DNA of 63,216 bases, filler included, from Phoronis australis (taxonomy: Eukaryota; Animalia; Phoronida): assembly GCA_002633005.1 (NCBI GenBank). It is 12 parts of 12 records of this genome, joined end to end, with 100 filler letters (N's around TTAATTAATTAA, not from the genome) between each part and the next. Parts side by side here need not be neighbours in the genome. Positions count along the whole stretch, not along the records: positions 41,853 to 51,518 come from NMRA01001087.1; positions 51,619 to 53,996 come from NMRA01003704.1; positions 54,097 to 56,143 come from NMRA01003878.1; positions 56,244 to 59,784 come from NMRA01002966.1; positions 59,885 to 63,216 come from NMRA01003086.1; 7 more parts are not named here. The stretch is one strand, 5' to 3'. Position numbers and translations under genes: made by a program. Below the pieces are notes generated by a model, which was not told the DNA's origin, ran no database searches, and saw nothing but the letters and a program-made list of their open reading frames with translations. Positions 49,059 through 61,693 of this stretch are shown here, piece after piece; positions within the stretch are counted from its first letter, which is position 1; the number at the start of each line of letters is the position of its first letter.

Positions 49059-50932
49059 CTATTAGCAAGTTTGTTAATATTCCGTATATAGTGACATTTT
49101 CCAAATCAGCCCTTGCAAGAATAGCCATCGTTCCTTGCAGTGACCGATCATGAACAAGAATAGATCGGAGTGCCTTAGTGGTTAAACTAGTCTACTATCT
49201 ATGCAGAGTCTTGGACGCGGCGGACCTCGGGCATATCTTTCTTAATCACCTTTTACGTTTTTGATCAATGCATAAACTTATAAGCCGAAGTGTTCTCTTA
49301 TGGAAATTAATGCCGCGGGTGACATACCACTTTTTCTGTAAGCAGAGCATACACTGTACGTGTATGTTACTGACTGCAGTGTATTCAAAGATAAGGTTGT
49401 TTGAAACAGGATACTGCTCAAGAGCTGCATGTAATCACTTACAGAGGGTGGATCGGTTGAGATACATTTGTAGCCCATATTGAGTACGACAACGCGACCT
49501 GTGGGTGTTTTTATTCTCTATATTCACTGAACTATTTTTGTCTAGAGAATGAAAATAATTGTGATGACGCTGGTATGTGAAACTGTATCATAAATAAATG
49601 ATACACAAATTGCCTATGTTTAAAAAACTGTTTTGTAACTCCTCAGGTATTATGAGAGCAAATGTTACTTAACTCCGCTACTGACCAATGATTGATGTAG
49701 CGTTTCCCTACATGTTAGGTAAATCGGAGAGGGCTTGTGTGAACAATTTACAAGAATGTGCGCGCTAAGGGGATTGCGGAACGTTCTTGTAGTCGGAATG
49801 TTCCCACAACGTGGATAAAGTCGAAGAATACGCACCCAATCGTTTACGTTCAAGAGAAAGTATTTTGACTGATCCGCTGTCGAAGAACGTTGTGTTACAG
49901 TCACTGACAGCTTATTCATTGTGGACTTTTTGTGACGTAGGAGATCACGTGACAGTCCCCGCGTTTTTAAAATTTTTCAAAGTAATTGCACTTGGAAATT
50001 TCAAGATCTTGTGTAGTGATGAAGAGTCGCATACCTTATCTAAAGGAGATACACAGTGTATCTGCACAAAAAATTAGAATCTAAGAACTGCAGTAAAAAT
50101 TATGATTCGGCTGTGCTGATTTCTGGGAACATTGACTTTCCATCAATTATTTTAACTGCTAAACAATACAGAAATAACATTCCTCACCCAAATTCTCCCC
50201 AGTGGAATTTGAATCATGCTCTAAGCTGAATTATTAAAGCTCCGAAAAAGGTGGTTCGTCACTGAAACCACGACAGTCACGCCAGGAGATTTCGTGATCA
50301 GCCACAATCACGTGATCCCTTAAGGAGATGACGTAATAGATACATGTACGCATTGTCTCGCCGACGACAGTCACGTGACAACTTGCGGCTGAATTGCTGT
50401 CATCTGTTCCACGTTTATCAACAGAAGCCAATGTACACTTGGACACACTAGACATGAATGAGGCTGATTATTAAAGAGACTCAATGGATTATCATTGTCA
50501 CGTGGTCTCCTGACATGAAATTTTCTCCTTGCAAGGAATTCTATGTCCTGGCGCGATAAATTTTGCTTTCTGGGGTGATTTCTTTTTGGTCCTGGGCTCC
50601 TGGCGTGTTAAATTTTGGCCCTGACGTGATAAGTTATAGGTTCTGGCGTCATCAATTTAAGTTTTAAGTATACTTTTGGTCCTGAAGAGAATTTAATTCT
50701 TTAATAGAAAATGTGTGTCCTGTAATTTTTTTCGCTTTGGGTTCTCATACATGTACAGTATGATTAGACAATGTTACTTGTAACTCGGAGACTACCACAA
50801 CCGCTTTGGACGTATGATCGTGATGTCTCAAATCAGGTTTGGTACCTTATTCAGTGCTCATCGGATACGATAACGAATACATTTTATTGTCAAAAAGTCT
50901 AAACAGTTCAGAGCGTCAATTCAGGTGAGTGG

Positions 50933-51033
50933 GCAGGGCGGATCTGGGATTTTGAGTTGGGAGACGCAGGGCAGAGTACTAGCGAGGATTTTGCCCGTCA
51001 GATATCTGCCCCCTCCCCCTAAATCCGCCACTG
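50933..51033. mobile_element. Short MITE with CAG(T/G/A)GGCGGAT termini
   Basis: CAGGGCGGATCT...AATCCGCCACTG. Related ends near 51672, 53298-53383, 55899, 59913, 61043, 62250. Confidence 0.65.
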
Positions 51034-51419
51034 GTGGTGGACTTAAGTTGCAAATTATAACTTTTCAACCCAGTTATGTACCAGTTATGTTGCCATTTGT
51101 CATGAGTTCGCCCTTTTGGTGGAAGTATTGTAAGTATTAGAGAGGCATTATCGTCAACACAAGTGAATTTGTAAGATGGGAATTGAATGCAATGCCTGCG
51201 TTTGCAACCTAACGCTCTGCTGGCGTAGCTGAGCCCCACTCGATCAATAACAAAGTGTTGTTCACGCAGTTTAAACTAGTAAAGTTAGCACACTCGATTT
51301 CAGCAATGAGAATAGCGGATTTGCAGCGACGCCATATTGAAATTAGGTTAAAATGGTGCATTGTGGGTGCTATGGTCAGGATTCCGAAAGCGGCCATAGT
51401 AACAAGCATAATACGCGAT

Positions 51420-51518
51420 ATGAGCGTGAAGAAAACTTACGGCGGATCCACTTGTGTTCCTGGCTGCTTCAAAAACAACAAGAGAGATAAAAATCTGAGT
51501 TTTTATGTGTTTCCTGCA
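51420..51518 (+). CDS. THAP domain N-terminus (probably P-element/Harbinger/Kolobok-associated), truncated
   Basis: MSVKKTYGGSTCVPGCFKNNKRDKNLSFYVFPA: CVPGC...LSFYxFP signature. Confidence 0.65.
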
Positions 51519-54096
51519 NNNNNNNNNNNNNNNNNNNNNNNNNNNNNNNNNNNNNNNNNNNNTTAATTAATTAANNNNNNNNNNNNNNNNNNNNNNNNNN
51601 NNNNNNNNNNNNNNNNNNCCTGGCCCGAGGGGGGATTTAAACCCCGTGAACCCCCCGTAGATCCGCCACTGCTGCTTGAGACAGAATGAGTCGTTAGTAA
51701 GATTTATGAATCACGATAGGCAGTGTTTGGAACTGAGCTCATTTTTAAACAACGTAATCAAAGTTTTAAGAAGTTTTCAACTTTTAAACACCCTTTAAAT
51801 AATTGCTAAATGGACACAAATACAGTCCTTTTCTCGATCATGTCAGTTCCGACTCATTAGCAGATAAGGGGCCTGTCGGATGTAAGTTCAGAATTGTGGA
51901 CATTCGAAGTGGTGAATTTTCAAGGATAGCAAACCTTCGGAGTAACTTCGAAGTAACAGACTCAAAGTTAGTAGTGAACCTTTGGAATAGTAACATGTAA
52001 CATTGGAAATCTTTTCCATCAAGTCTGTTGTTCGTATTATTACTGCGAGGCTGTGCACCATTGGCGCTGATTGACAAGGAAAGACCAAAGTTTTTATTAG
52101 GTGTAGACCTACTTTTTCCTAATACTATGAACATGCGCGTCGGGGTTTTCTTACAGCAAGAAAATAGACAGATGAATGTCTGAGTTTTGCGTAACGACGG
52201 AGGATTGCCTGTAGTGAACTTAATCATCATCGGCATGTCTAGCACTGAGTTTGAAAGAATGAAAACGCACACACGTGTAACGCATGCATGGCATCCACCA
52301 CTCCACAGCCAAAGTGTAAATTTAAAAATGTCTGCACATTACTGTTCTCTGCCACTATACCAAAATAGCTGATAACACTTTTTGCTCTTGTTTCTTGGTC
52401 GATTCACACGGCACTAGTTTTTGGGAGCTCACTCGCTGCTATGTAGACTAGCTAGGTATAGACATTTACTTCTAGACTCCCGTGTTACCCCCCTCGTGCA
52501 TGGGTGCGCGCAAACAAACACAAAAATGGCGTGTGTCCTCGCTTCCTACGGTTCTGCAACTGATTCCAGTGTTGGAAATTTGCAAAGTGCGTACTAAACT
52601 TTAGATTCTTATTGAACATTCTATACGCAAACGGCGCTTAGTCGACTAAAGTAATTGTAAATTTTTTCGATACATTGTGATCAGATGGGATCGGATCATG
52701 ACGGAGATCCGAAAATATAAGAACTGATACTTCGCGCTCACATTCACGTCAGTCAAAATCGACCTATCTTCCCTGGGAAATGTACGGTCTTACGACAGTT
52801 TATTCTTCTACAATGTATATGAAGACTTTAGTTACTTTGACTTAGGCTTCAGTGATATCGATTGTAGCATTTACCACCCCAAGGGAAGTTGGAGTTATTT
52901 CAATGACGGTAGCAACCAGGTCGATTAGGAATTGTATCAATATGGAAACTGATCTTAGACGATCATAAATTACGGTGAACGTGCTTTATTTAACAAACAG
53001 TTGACTTTTGACGAGTCCTGTCTATTCACTGCGGTCAGGCAAGAGCCACGGGTAAGCTGCATAATTGATGTTTAATTTGAGATCACTCTTTGATATACGT
53101 GGTGAAAAAGAGCTGATCGGAAAAGGTACGTTTCCGGTGCTTTTAAAGCTTGGCAACGCGTGAGATTATTCAACACGGTGATTACAATAAAAGCAGCCTA
53201 AAACACGTCGCGTTGCCGGGGAAAACGACTTAGTCTAACACCGAATCGATCATTCTACAGCCAGAAAAAACGCGTGTAGGACTTGTATGATTATAAGCAA
53301 TGGCAGATCTACGTTTTCAGCAAGGGGNAGCACCTGTACCGAGGAAGCGGGGTTTGAACCCCCCCCTTGTAGATCCGCCTCTGATAAGGAAAACTACCCG
53401 TGCAGGGAAACCTGGACAGTTTCGCAGACGCAGAGCTCGGTCAGTGCTAGTGCTTCACTTTTAATACACCACGGCAATATCTCGTGAAGTTTTACGAGTT
53501 CTCGTTTTTCTTGGTTTACGGAGGCAGGGCGCTCTTATATGAACGACAGAATGAAATTGTGTAACAATAGTGACTTCCGTGTATATACAATGAATGCGAA
53601 TGACGCTACTGCAAGGACAACGGGGCCCAATGAGCTATGTACATGTATATACAATGAATGTGAATGCGCCACTTGCGCGGACAACGGGGCCGAATGAGCT
53701 ATTTTTTAGCGTAATTTCTTGGCCAATAATCAAATCCATGCTATTATATTGGTGGTTTAAGTCATTGAGTAAATTTAAACGTGTTTCCAAACACAAGAGA
53801 ACTGAGGCGCTGCTATTTTTTCAGATAAAGAAATCTGTCAGTGAGATGCGGGGTTTAATTGCTTTCTAACACAAAGCCTCAACTGGACACGATCGCAATT
53901 TTCAACTCGCTCGATTTGGAACGATGGCAAGAAGGTCAGAACATATGATCCTAAACGCATCTATGGAGGCAGATGACTCGGCGGGGGACACTCTTCNNNN
54001 NNNNNNNNNNNNNNNNNNNNNNNNNNNNNNNNNNNNNNNNTTAATTAATTAANNNNNNNNNNNNNNNNNNNNNNNNNNNNNNNNNNNNNNNNNNNN

Positions 54097-54940
54097 TACA
54101 TTATGCAAATTCACGATGTATCAACCAGCAAGCAAACTCCATTAAATTCACTGACCAGGGAAAAATGGTAAAATCATTAAAGTAACCTGCCTGCAGCGCT
54201 TGGTATGGGCATTATAAGCAAAATGTAATTTTGAATAATCGTGGCCTTAATTTGCATTAATTATGCAAATTTATTGTTGTGTATCTTACTTTGTCAAATA
54301 AAGTAGACACTCCATTAACTACGCAGTGAAAAGAAACAGAATTGAACTGAACACTGAAGTGTTTTATTCCACATATCACAACAATATATATACACACGAC
54401 CACATAACAACATATGATGCGTTACCTATCACACACTTCCTATACTAGGAATCGCATGACATAGTACCAATTAAACTACTGAACTCATAAACAACAACAA
54501 TCTACAAACATCCTGTTATTGTGTGACTAAGTACACAACATTTATCATGCGCCAACTTCATTTCATTGAACTAATTGACCATAACGGCATGATTATTTAC
54601 CTGTAATGATTGGTACCGTAGCTATTAGAACAAGTCAACGTTCGAATAATGGCGGTCTTAATTTATATAAATTATGAAAATTCACAACGTATCCCAAAAA
54701 AATTGCACTATTAAATTCGTTGACCATGGAAACATGGGTGAAGACATCAAAATAATAGTAAGGAAATTATAAGTAAAAATAGAACGTTGCATAATGGTCG
54801 CCTTAATTTGCTCAAGGGTTGAGAACCGTCACCCCCTTAAATCATGATCAGCTATGTCTAGTCTACAAAAACAGCAAAGAAAAAACTTTATCCAGCAAAT
54901 CCAAGTTAAGCAAAAAAACAGCGTTTGGCTCCCGGACTTA
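54097..54940. mobile_element. Non-autonomous DNA transposon fragment with repeated ATTATGCAAAT motifs
   Basis: Internal diverged direct repeats (~54100-54270 vs ~54650-54810). Ends GTTTGGCTCCCGGACT. Confidence 0.4.
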
Positions 54941-55160
54941 CACTAGTTTGCAAAATGGCTCGCTGTGATTGGTCGGTAAAGCTGGATTATTGCATTATGG
55001 GATATCGGAAGGAAACTCATGATTCCATAGTCCCAGATTCCTCGTTGTAACCGTCTCGCATATGCATTACCAAACGCAACCCCTGTTGTTTGCACTGAAT
55101 CTCATAATTAATCACAGTNTCGTGCGTTTCAAAGTCTTTCTGTTATTTACAATAACGTAC

Positions 55161-55700
55161 TTTTGTTGGGATCGTTCACTGATCCGCCGATCTGACAATT
55201 TCTGGAACCATCGGGACATAGACACTGACACGTCTTGTCAACAAAACCACCATCTTTGCAGTGTGGTACATTCTTGCAGTGACCTCGGTGTAAAGAACGC
55301 AAATGGTTGGTTTTATATCTCCAAGAAATAAAAAATTCTATTCGATCATGCATCAATGGACGATTTTGCTTTGTCTTATTTTGTCTCAATTGTTGGGTAT
55401 TTTCCCTAAATTGAGTGACTAACAAACTACGCCAGGCACTCCGACACACTTGTCTCAGTTACAGTGCATTAGATCTGAGTGTAATAACTGACCCTGATAA
55501 TTTACCGTAATCAGAAATAATTATCAAACAAGAATGTAATCGAGCAAATTACGTCACATACTGTTGCAACTGTAAAGCAAATTTACGGTTTTCACATCGC
55601 TGAACGACAACGTGGTCCCTTTCCCCATATAATCTTCATTTCTGGAATTGTAAGCAAATATGGTCTGTAACCTTTTGGACCCTTCTTTTTTGCCGAATGC
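55161..55700 (-). CDS. Astacin (M12A) metalloprotease: C-terminal exon 55562-55700 and EGF-like exon 55161-55283
   Basis: AFGKK...QTI...MGKGTTLSFSDVKTVNLLYSCN, then HCKNVPHCKDGGFVDKTCQCLCPDG. Phases match (1/1). Confidence 0.82.
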
Positions 55701-56689
55701 CTGTAGATCAAAGAAAAATGTGACTGTGTTAGTGTGTGTGTGTTTGTGTGTGAAGGAAATTTAAAGGCCCAATTTGTGTGATTTTTAAGTTAAATATGTA
55801 AAGACAAACTCTTCCATACTAACGCCGCAACACAAAATAAATTGTTGTGCAAGTGGACGCCATTTCCAAAGTCTGTGTGCTGCAGTTGGCTGGCCGCGCA
55901 GTGGCGGATTTAGGGAGGGGGTGCCAAGGTGGCCATAGCCCCCTACAAAATTCTCCTATATTCCATAAATAGATAGTCGCGCATTGCGTTTTAACGGTTA
56001 ATTTTGCATCCAAATCGAAGAGAACCAAAATGGATTTAAAGGGGAAGAGGGCCATGTATAAAGAAGGAATCGCACATTTTGCTTTAATCTAAAAATAACC
56101 TCAGATTTGCAGTAAATAGGGCACACGTGCACCGGAGAGACTCNNNNNNNNNNNNNNNNNNNNNNNNNNNNNNNNNNNNNNNNNNNNTTAATTAATTAAN
56201 NNNNNNNNNNNNNNNNNNNNNNNNNNNNNNNNNNNNNNNNNNNCATGTACATGTTTGCGATTATGGAAGCTACACCACTGCTACCACATAGGAAATTACC
56301 TGCCTGAAGCCGCAATTTAACAGCGACCAAACACCCGAACTGCGAACAATCTCGAATTGCTGTGCTTGAATTTGGAATTTTGCTTAATCTCAAGATCGCG
56401 TATGCGAGAACTTGGAGTACCTGAGGAAACTCGCCTTGTTAACACAAATAATCACGTTCACCTTGAAAAATGCACTAAATCAAATCAAATCCCATGTTAA
56501 CAAAATAACTTAAATTTCAAGCAAACTTCATTCTTCCTTGTGTTTTTCAACTTTCATTCATTAAAAAATAATTGCTTTATTGCCTTTACCATTCACATGG
56601 TGGCCTCCGTGACACAAGTTCCGTAAAAGAATAAAATGGGTAATCGTTGGGCCAATAACTAGAAAAGTTCTTTACAAGGAACAAGAACC

Positions 56690-56822
56690 GTCACGTGATT
56701 ACTTTCATAAATTTTTATTTCCAAACTCACACATACGCGATCTTGATATGAAGCGAAATTCCAAGTTCACGCACACAAAGCAAAAAGAAGCAACTTATAG
56801 AGGTCGCTGTATAACTTCCGGT
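56690..56822 (+). promoter_or_regulatory. MTO1 proximal promoter motifs
   Basis: GTCACGTGAT E-box at 56690 and ACTTCCGGT ETS-type site at ~56814, within 190 bp of the ATG. Confidence 0.4.
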
Positions 56823-56872
56823 GTGATTTTAATCGCTCACTTTGAAAAGCGTGAGAGGACGCGTGCTGGACG

Positions 56873-59761
56873 ATGCATGCTTCCAGTTGGAAATTGTGTT
56901 CGAATGAGTCATATTTCAAGAAGTTCTTGCATTTTGTTAGGCACTTTCATCAAGCATCTAAAGAAGCATATGATGTAATAGTTGTTGGCGGCGGGCATGC
57001 AGGAACGGAAGCAGCATGTGCGGCTGCACGCATGGGCGCTAACACAGCCCTCATTACGCACAAACTGGAAACCATTGGTAGGCTTACACTCGTCAAGGCC
57101 GTCTACTATTGTCTACACTATTGAGAGTTAGACTACAGTTTTCCAGTTTACAGTCTCTGTTGTGACTCTTAGGCTGAAACTAGCACAGGCTCCATGCGCG
57201 CACCCAGCCTTTATATTAGGGGCTCGAATCTCTGACAAAATGGACCTTTTGCTAACAAAAAAGCGGGAGGACTAAAAAAAAAACAGGTATGAACTGTGCG
57301 TCCGCGCCTTTTAGGGGATTTTTGTCTCATTTTATTGGACTTTTTCTTTCTCTGAAGCGGACCTTTTTACCCACTTCACCAAATGGGGGGGGGGCTCATT
57401 CGAGTACCCCCTGGGTGCGCACATGGGCTATCTTGCATTCGACACTGGTTGGATACAGCAATCCTTACTACTAGCTCGGGTACCTTTATCAGTGGCTCCA
57501 CGTCAATCATCATACTATAATTATATATCAAACAGCTGTCAAGATAGCCAGCCAGCTAGCTGTATGAAGATTATCGTCAAAATACAGCTCGATACCACTG
57601 TGTGTTGAGTTCCGACAAACCTCGAAATTCCACACTGGGTAGTTCTGGTCGTCATCTAGCTGTGTAACTTGTATCAACATATAGAGCTAAAGACCGGCAA
57701 GGGAGCATGCAAAATCTGGGAGTCAACGGACACTCACCTTGTCAGTTACAGCCGTTTAAATAAAAAAACAATCTAATAAACATCATTTTCTTGCATACAA
57801 ACAAAAGTATGTCATTGTTTTGAAAACATTATGCTCATGACATGCCCATGCACCATTTCCTAAATTTTTGCGACATCTTTCGAGAGGTGATGACAGATTC
57901 ACAGCAGCAAAATTTGTTCTGAAATTCGGTTTGCTGGTAACAAAATTCAAAAAACTTATAATGAAATGACCAGATCTGATAATTTGTTGTGACATATTCG
58001 CAGCCTTGTGAAAGAACAACAGTTGATTGAAGAATTGTCGAAAAAAGAAACTGGCGAAAAGGTGACGCAGTATTTCTTGGTGCCGAAAGCCGACGGTTTT
58101 GTGTCCACAAAGCTATATATTTAGTATACAGCTTTGCGCCAAGGATAATATCAAGAATGCCCGTGCTACTAGTAACTGTCTCATGGCCTGGCTTAACTGA
58201 CCAATCAGAACGCAACATTCTTGATACACCTTTGTTTCCAAGCCACCATTTTACCCGGGAAACAACATGTTGCAGGGTAAAACTTATTGCTTGTTTGTCA
58301 ACTTTTCGGAAAGGAGTGGAACTTGCAATAGGTCAATTTAGAGAACCAGACATTCCGTACCACTGGATAGCGAATAACGTTTAATATTTGTTATGGTCGA
58401 TTATTCAGTGGACGAAACTTGCTCATTAAATTAGTGACTGCAATGTGTGATCAATGCCCTTGCATTCTTTTACGACTACCGTGTAGTGCCACTTTGACTC
58501 CTAGTTGCAATTTTATTTCTTCCCATTTTCGTGTGTATCTTTGGACTTCATTGACATATGTTTTGGAAGTTTGACAAGTACCTAGTAGGTTTCTATTAAA
58601 AACGGCATTGGATCCTTGTCGTTTTCAGGTAGATTTGTAGTGTATGCCTAGTGGTCCTTAGTTTTGAGTGTGTTTTTGTTTTTGGCGTCCATTTCTCTGT
58701 CGGCCAGACATGAAACCACTCCAGGAATCATTATGAAAATTGATATATTTGAGTACGTTCTTACTGAGAAGAGCATGGGTGATAAAGATTTTTGGACAAT
58801 TTTGACAACTGTGGCACTCCCTAATGACAGTTCTGCTTTTTTGCATCCACAGTTGTGTTTCCTAGACTCCTGCAGGATCCTTGTGAAATTCGGCAATTGT
58901 ATTTCTACGAACGTGACAGTTAATGACATTGTCTTTTTGACGTATCTGGCTATACTAAGTTTACTAGCATTGTTCGCTTTAGTGGAAATATTTGAAATTT
59001 AGTAATTATCTCTTGTATGTGCGCAGTGGGCGTTGTTCTTGTCTGCTTTTGACCCATATGAGTGAAAGCATGTTCCAAAGTGATACATTTTTAGCAGTAA
59101 AACTGGTAGTGACATGTCCAGTAAGTGAAAATAATATTTAATTTTGTTTTGTTTTTTCGTGAATTCACAAAAAGAAAGATTACGAGGCAAGAATGTTACT
59201 GCAACACTCGAATCTCGCTGTATTTACCCACAATGCCGTAAACATCAGTCAGGCGCATTTGCTGCTTTGTGTTCATGTCACTGGAGTTTCACATGTTATT
59301 TGTTGTCTGATTGTTCACATATTTTTCTCGGTTGCATTACTCTATTCATCCTTCTAATAGCAACAAAGTATTACTGCTGTGCTGTGAGCTGCAAATCCGA
59401 TGAGAAAAGGTTTGATAAACTGGACAAACGCATGTGGGTGCTTGATCTGAAATTCTTCGCCTTCTCAACATCAATGAGGGACACGAAAATGTGTCAGATT
59501 TCCAAAATTAGGTCACGCTTTTCTTATGTCCATTACGAAAGAGAGTTCTGTGGCCGTCTAATCCGAGATGGCCCTATTGTCCTGGAAGAACCCTGCAATC
59601 ACTGTTTTCAATATTGATTCATTTATCGGCAATTTTATATAATTGCTTCAAAATTGTTTTTCTAGGTGAGATGTCTTGTAATCCATCATTTGGAGGTATC
59701 GGGAAAGGACACTTGATGAGAGAGATTGATGCCTTGGATGGTGTTTGTGCTAGGATTTGTG
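56873..59761 (+). CDS. MTO1: Mitochondrial tRNA modification enzyme MTO1 (GidA/MnmG), exons 56873-57077 and 59666-59761
   Basis: Transit-peptide-like start, [49 protein letters not shown]. Phase-1 GT-AG junction. Confidence 0.96.
57198..57425. mobile_element. MITE in MTO1 intron
   Basis: TIRs CATGCGCGCACCCAG / CTGGGTGCGCACATG. Confidence 0.6.
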
Positions 59762-59911
59762 GTATGTTGAATTTCACCCTGCTCNNNNNNNNNNNNNNNN
59801 NNNNNNNNNNNNNNNNNNNNNNNNNNNNTTAATTAATTAANNNNNNNNNNNNNNNNNNNNNNNNNNNNNNNNNNNNNNNNNNNNCCTGAACCCCCCCCGT
59901 AGATCCGCCTC

Positions 59912-60900
59912 TGTTGTGTACTTTTTCACTCGTTCGAATCGCATACGAGAGAACTAAGAGAGAAGTAGATAAATATACTGAGTTTATTATGCGCTAAATA
60001 TAAAATACAAAGCTATACAAATTTACAACACATCATTAGTTTCCGTCGTCATTGTACCCTCACTAGGTGTAGAACGGTTCCCAAATCGCCTAAGTCAATA
60101 CCCAAAGTCAAATAAAGCTTAAGTAAGAACTAAAAAGTTGAGAAGTTCAGACTCTAACCGGATAGTAACGAGACTCGATAGAGTTAAAAAGTTGAGATTC
60201 TTACCAGATAGAAACGAAACCCGGTAGAATCCGAAGTTTTATCGTGGAGTGGCCCATTTTTATAGGCGTATTCGCACCGCGAATGTTCCAAATAACGTTA
60301 AAATAGCGGTCTCAAGTTAAATGTAAAAACCAATCAAAACACAACTAAAAATTTCGTCATCGGAAGTTCCAAATAAGGAATTGACCATCTTACACCCCTT
60401 TAAAATATAATATCCCACTCTAGCTTCTGGAACTAAACTGACGACTCGTTTTTACTTACGACTCCATCAATAGACGGCGCTCCCGTCATACTTATACGGC
60501 CAGTCTGTTCTTAGGGCAGTCTGCGGTTCGCGGCGCCTGTGGCCTGGACCCTTAGGGTATCGAATGTAGGGCAGCTCTGCAGTAAATGCTCAGGTGTCTG
60601 GGGGCCAGGGCCCAGTGGTGTAGTGGGGCGTGGGCGCACGTTGGCACAGCCTACCACCTTTTGGCATTTGAACGTAGCGCCTACGCATCTAGTTACTTTC
60701 AGTGCTCAAGGTATGACGGTGGGCTCTGGGCGCCTACTTACGTCTAATTTTACCTCTAGAGCACTGGCAGTGCCACAAGATAAGTGACTACCGTATTACT
60801 ATTCTGTGCTCGAGTACACGTGGATGCCGACTGTCTTATAAACTCTGGCTTCCATTTTAAGACCTCAGCCATCATAACGCGCACGCTATGATAATTGTGT
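59912..60900 (-). mobile_element. 3' end of a decayed LTR retrotransposon (Gypsy-like): LTR 59912-60394 with PPT
   Basis: Minus strand: AAAAGGGG polypurine tract abutting TGTAAG, TATAAAA at ~60260, AATAAA at ~59985, ending CAACA. Upstream remnant SVRV...KWKP...GKIRR. Confidence 0.55.
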
Positions 60901-61255
60901 AAGTTCGCGTCTGAACTTTCGTCTGAAAGCAAAGACTTATCGCGGTGGTAACTCCTTGACTGAACTGCTGCTCCGCGGAATTTTAAAACTCCCGTAAACT
61001 ACGTGACGTCACTACTGTATGTGCGCTGGAGAGCGTTCACTACAGTGGCGGATCTAGGATATCACAAGGGGGGGGTGCAACATTTTGTCCGGCTGTAAGC
61101 ATTTGCGCAAACTGAACCACGATTGTAGATGCGCATAGCACCTGCTTTTACCTCTAAAAATCAAGCATTTTCCTTGATTCCTGGAGTATTATCCAAGAAA
61201 AAGAGGAAAAAAAAAACACGGAGAACGTCGTGTCAAACAGGAAAACCTGAACGTA

Positions 61256-61316
61256 CCAAAGACTCGAAATCACAACCTGGCGGATAGAGAGCGCGTGCGT
61301 TACCACTACACCACCA
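61256..61316 (-). mobile_element. tRNA-derived SINE head
   Basis: GGTGGTGTAGTGGTAACGC (A box) ... GATTTCGAGTC (B-box-like). Confidence 0.5.
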
Positions 61317-61454
61317 CGATTCAACTACTAATCTCATACTAAAAGACCAACTTGTTTATGATCCACAGCGTTTGCGCGCGAAACCTACTTCTTTTCGTAA
61401 TGCTTATTACACGTTTTATATTTTGTGCCATGAATTCTTAAGAAATTTGTCGTA

Positions 61455-61693
61455 NNNNNNNNNNNNNNNNNNNNNNNNNNNNNNNNNNNNNNNNNNNNNN
61501 NNNNNNNNNNNNNNNNNNNNNNNNNNNNNNNNNNNNNNNNNNNNNNNNNNNNNNNNNNNNNNNNNNNNNNNNNNNNNNNNNNNNNNNNNNNNNNNNNNNN
61601 NNNNNNNNNNNNNNNNNNNNNNNNNNNNNNNNNNNNNNNNNNNNNNNNNNNNNNNNNNNNNNNNNNNNNNNNNNNNNNNNNNNNNNNNNNNNN
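61455..61693. other. Scaffold gap (239 N)
   Basis: Run of N without a linker. Confidence 0.99.

Noticed and set aside
57780-59620. ORFs in the MTO1 intron, possibly a decayed Crypton ([19 protein letters not shown])
   Set aside because: No tyrosine-recombinase motif could be read; evidence too weak to call.
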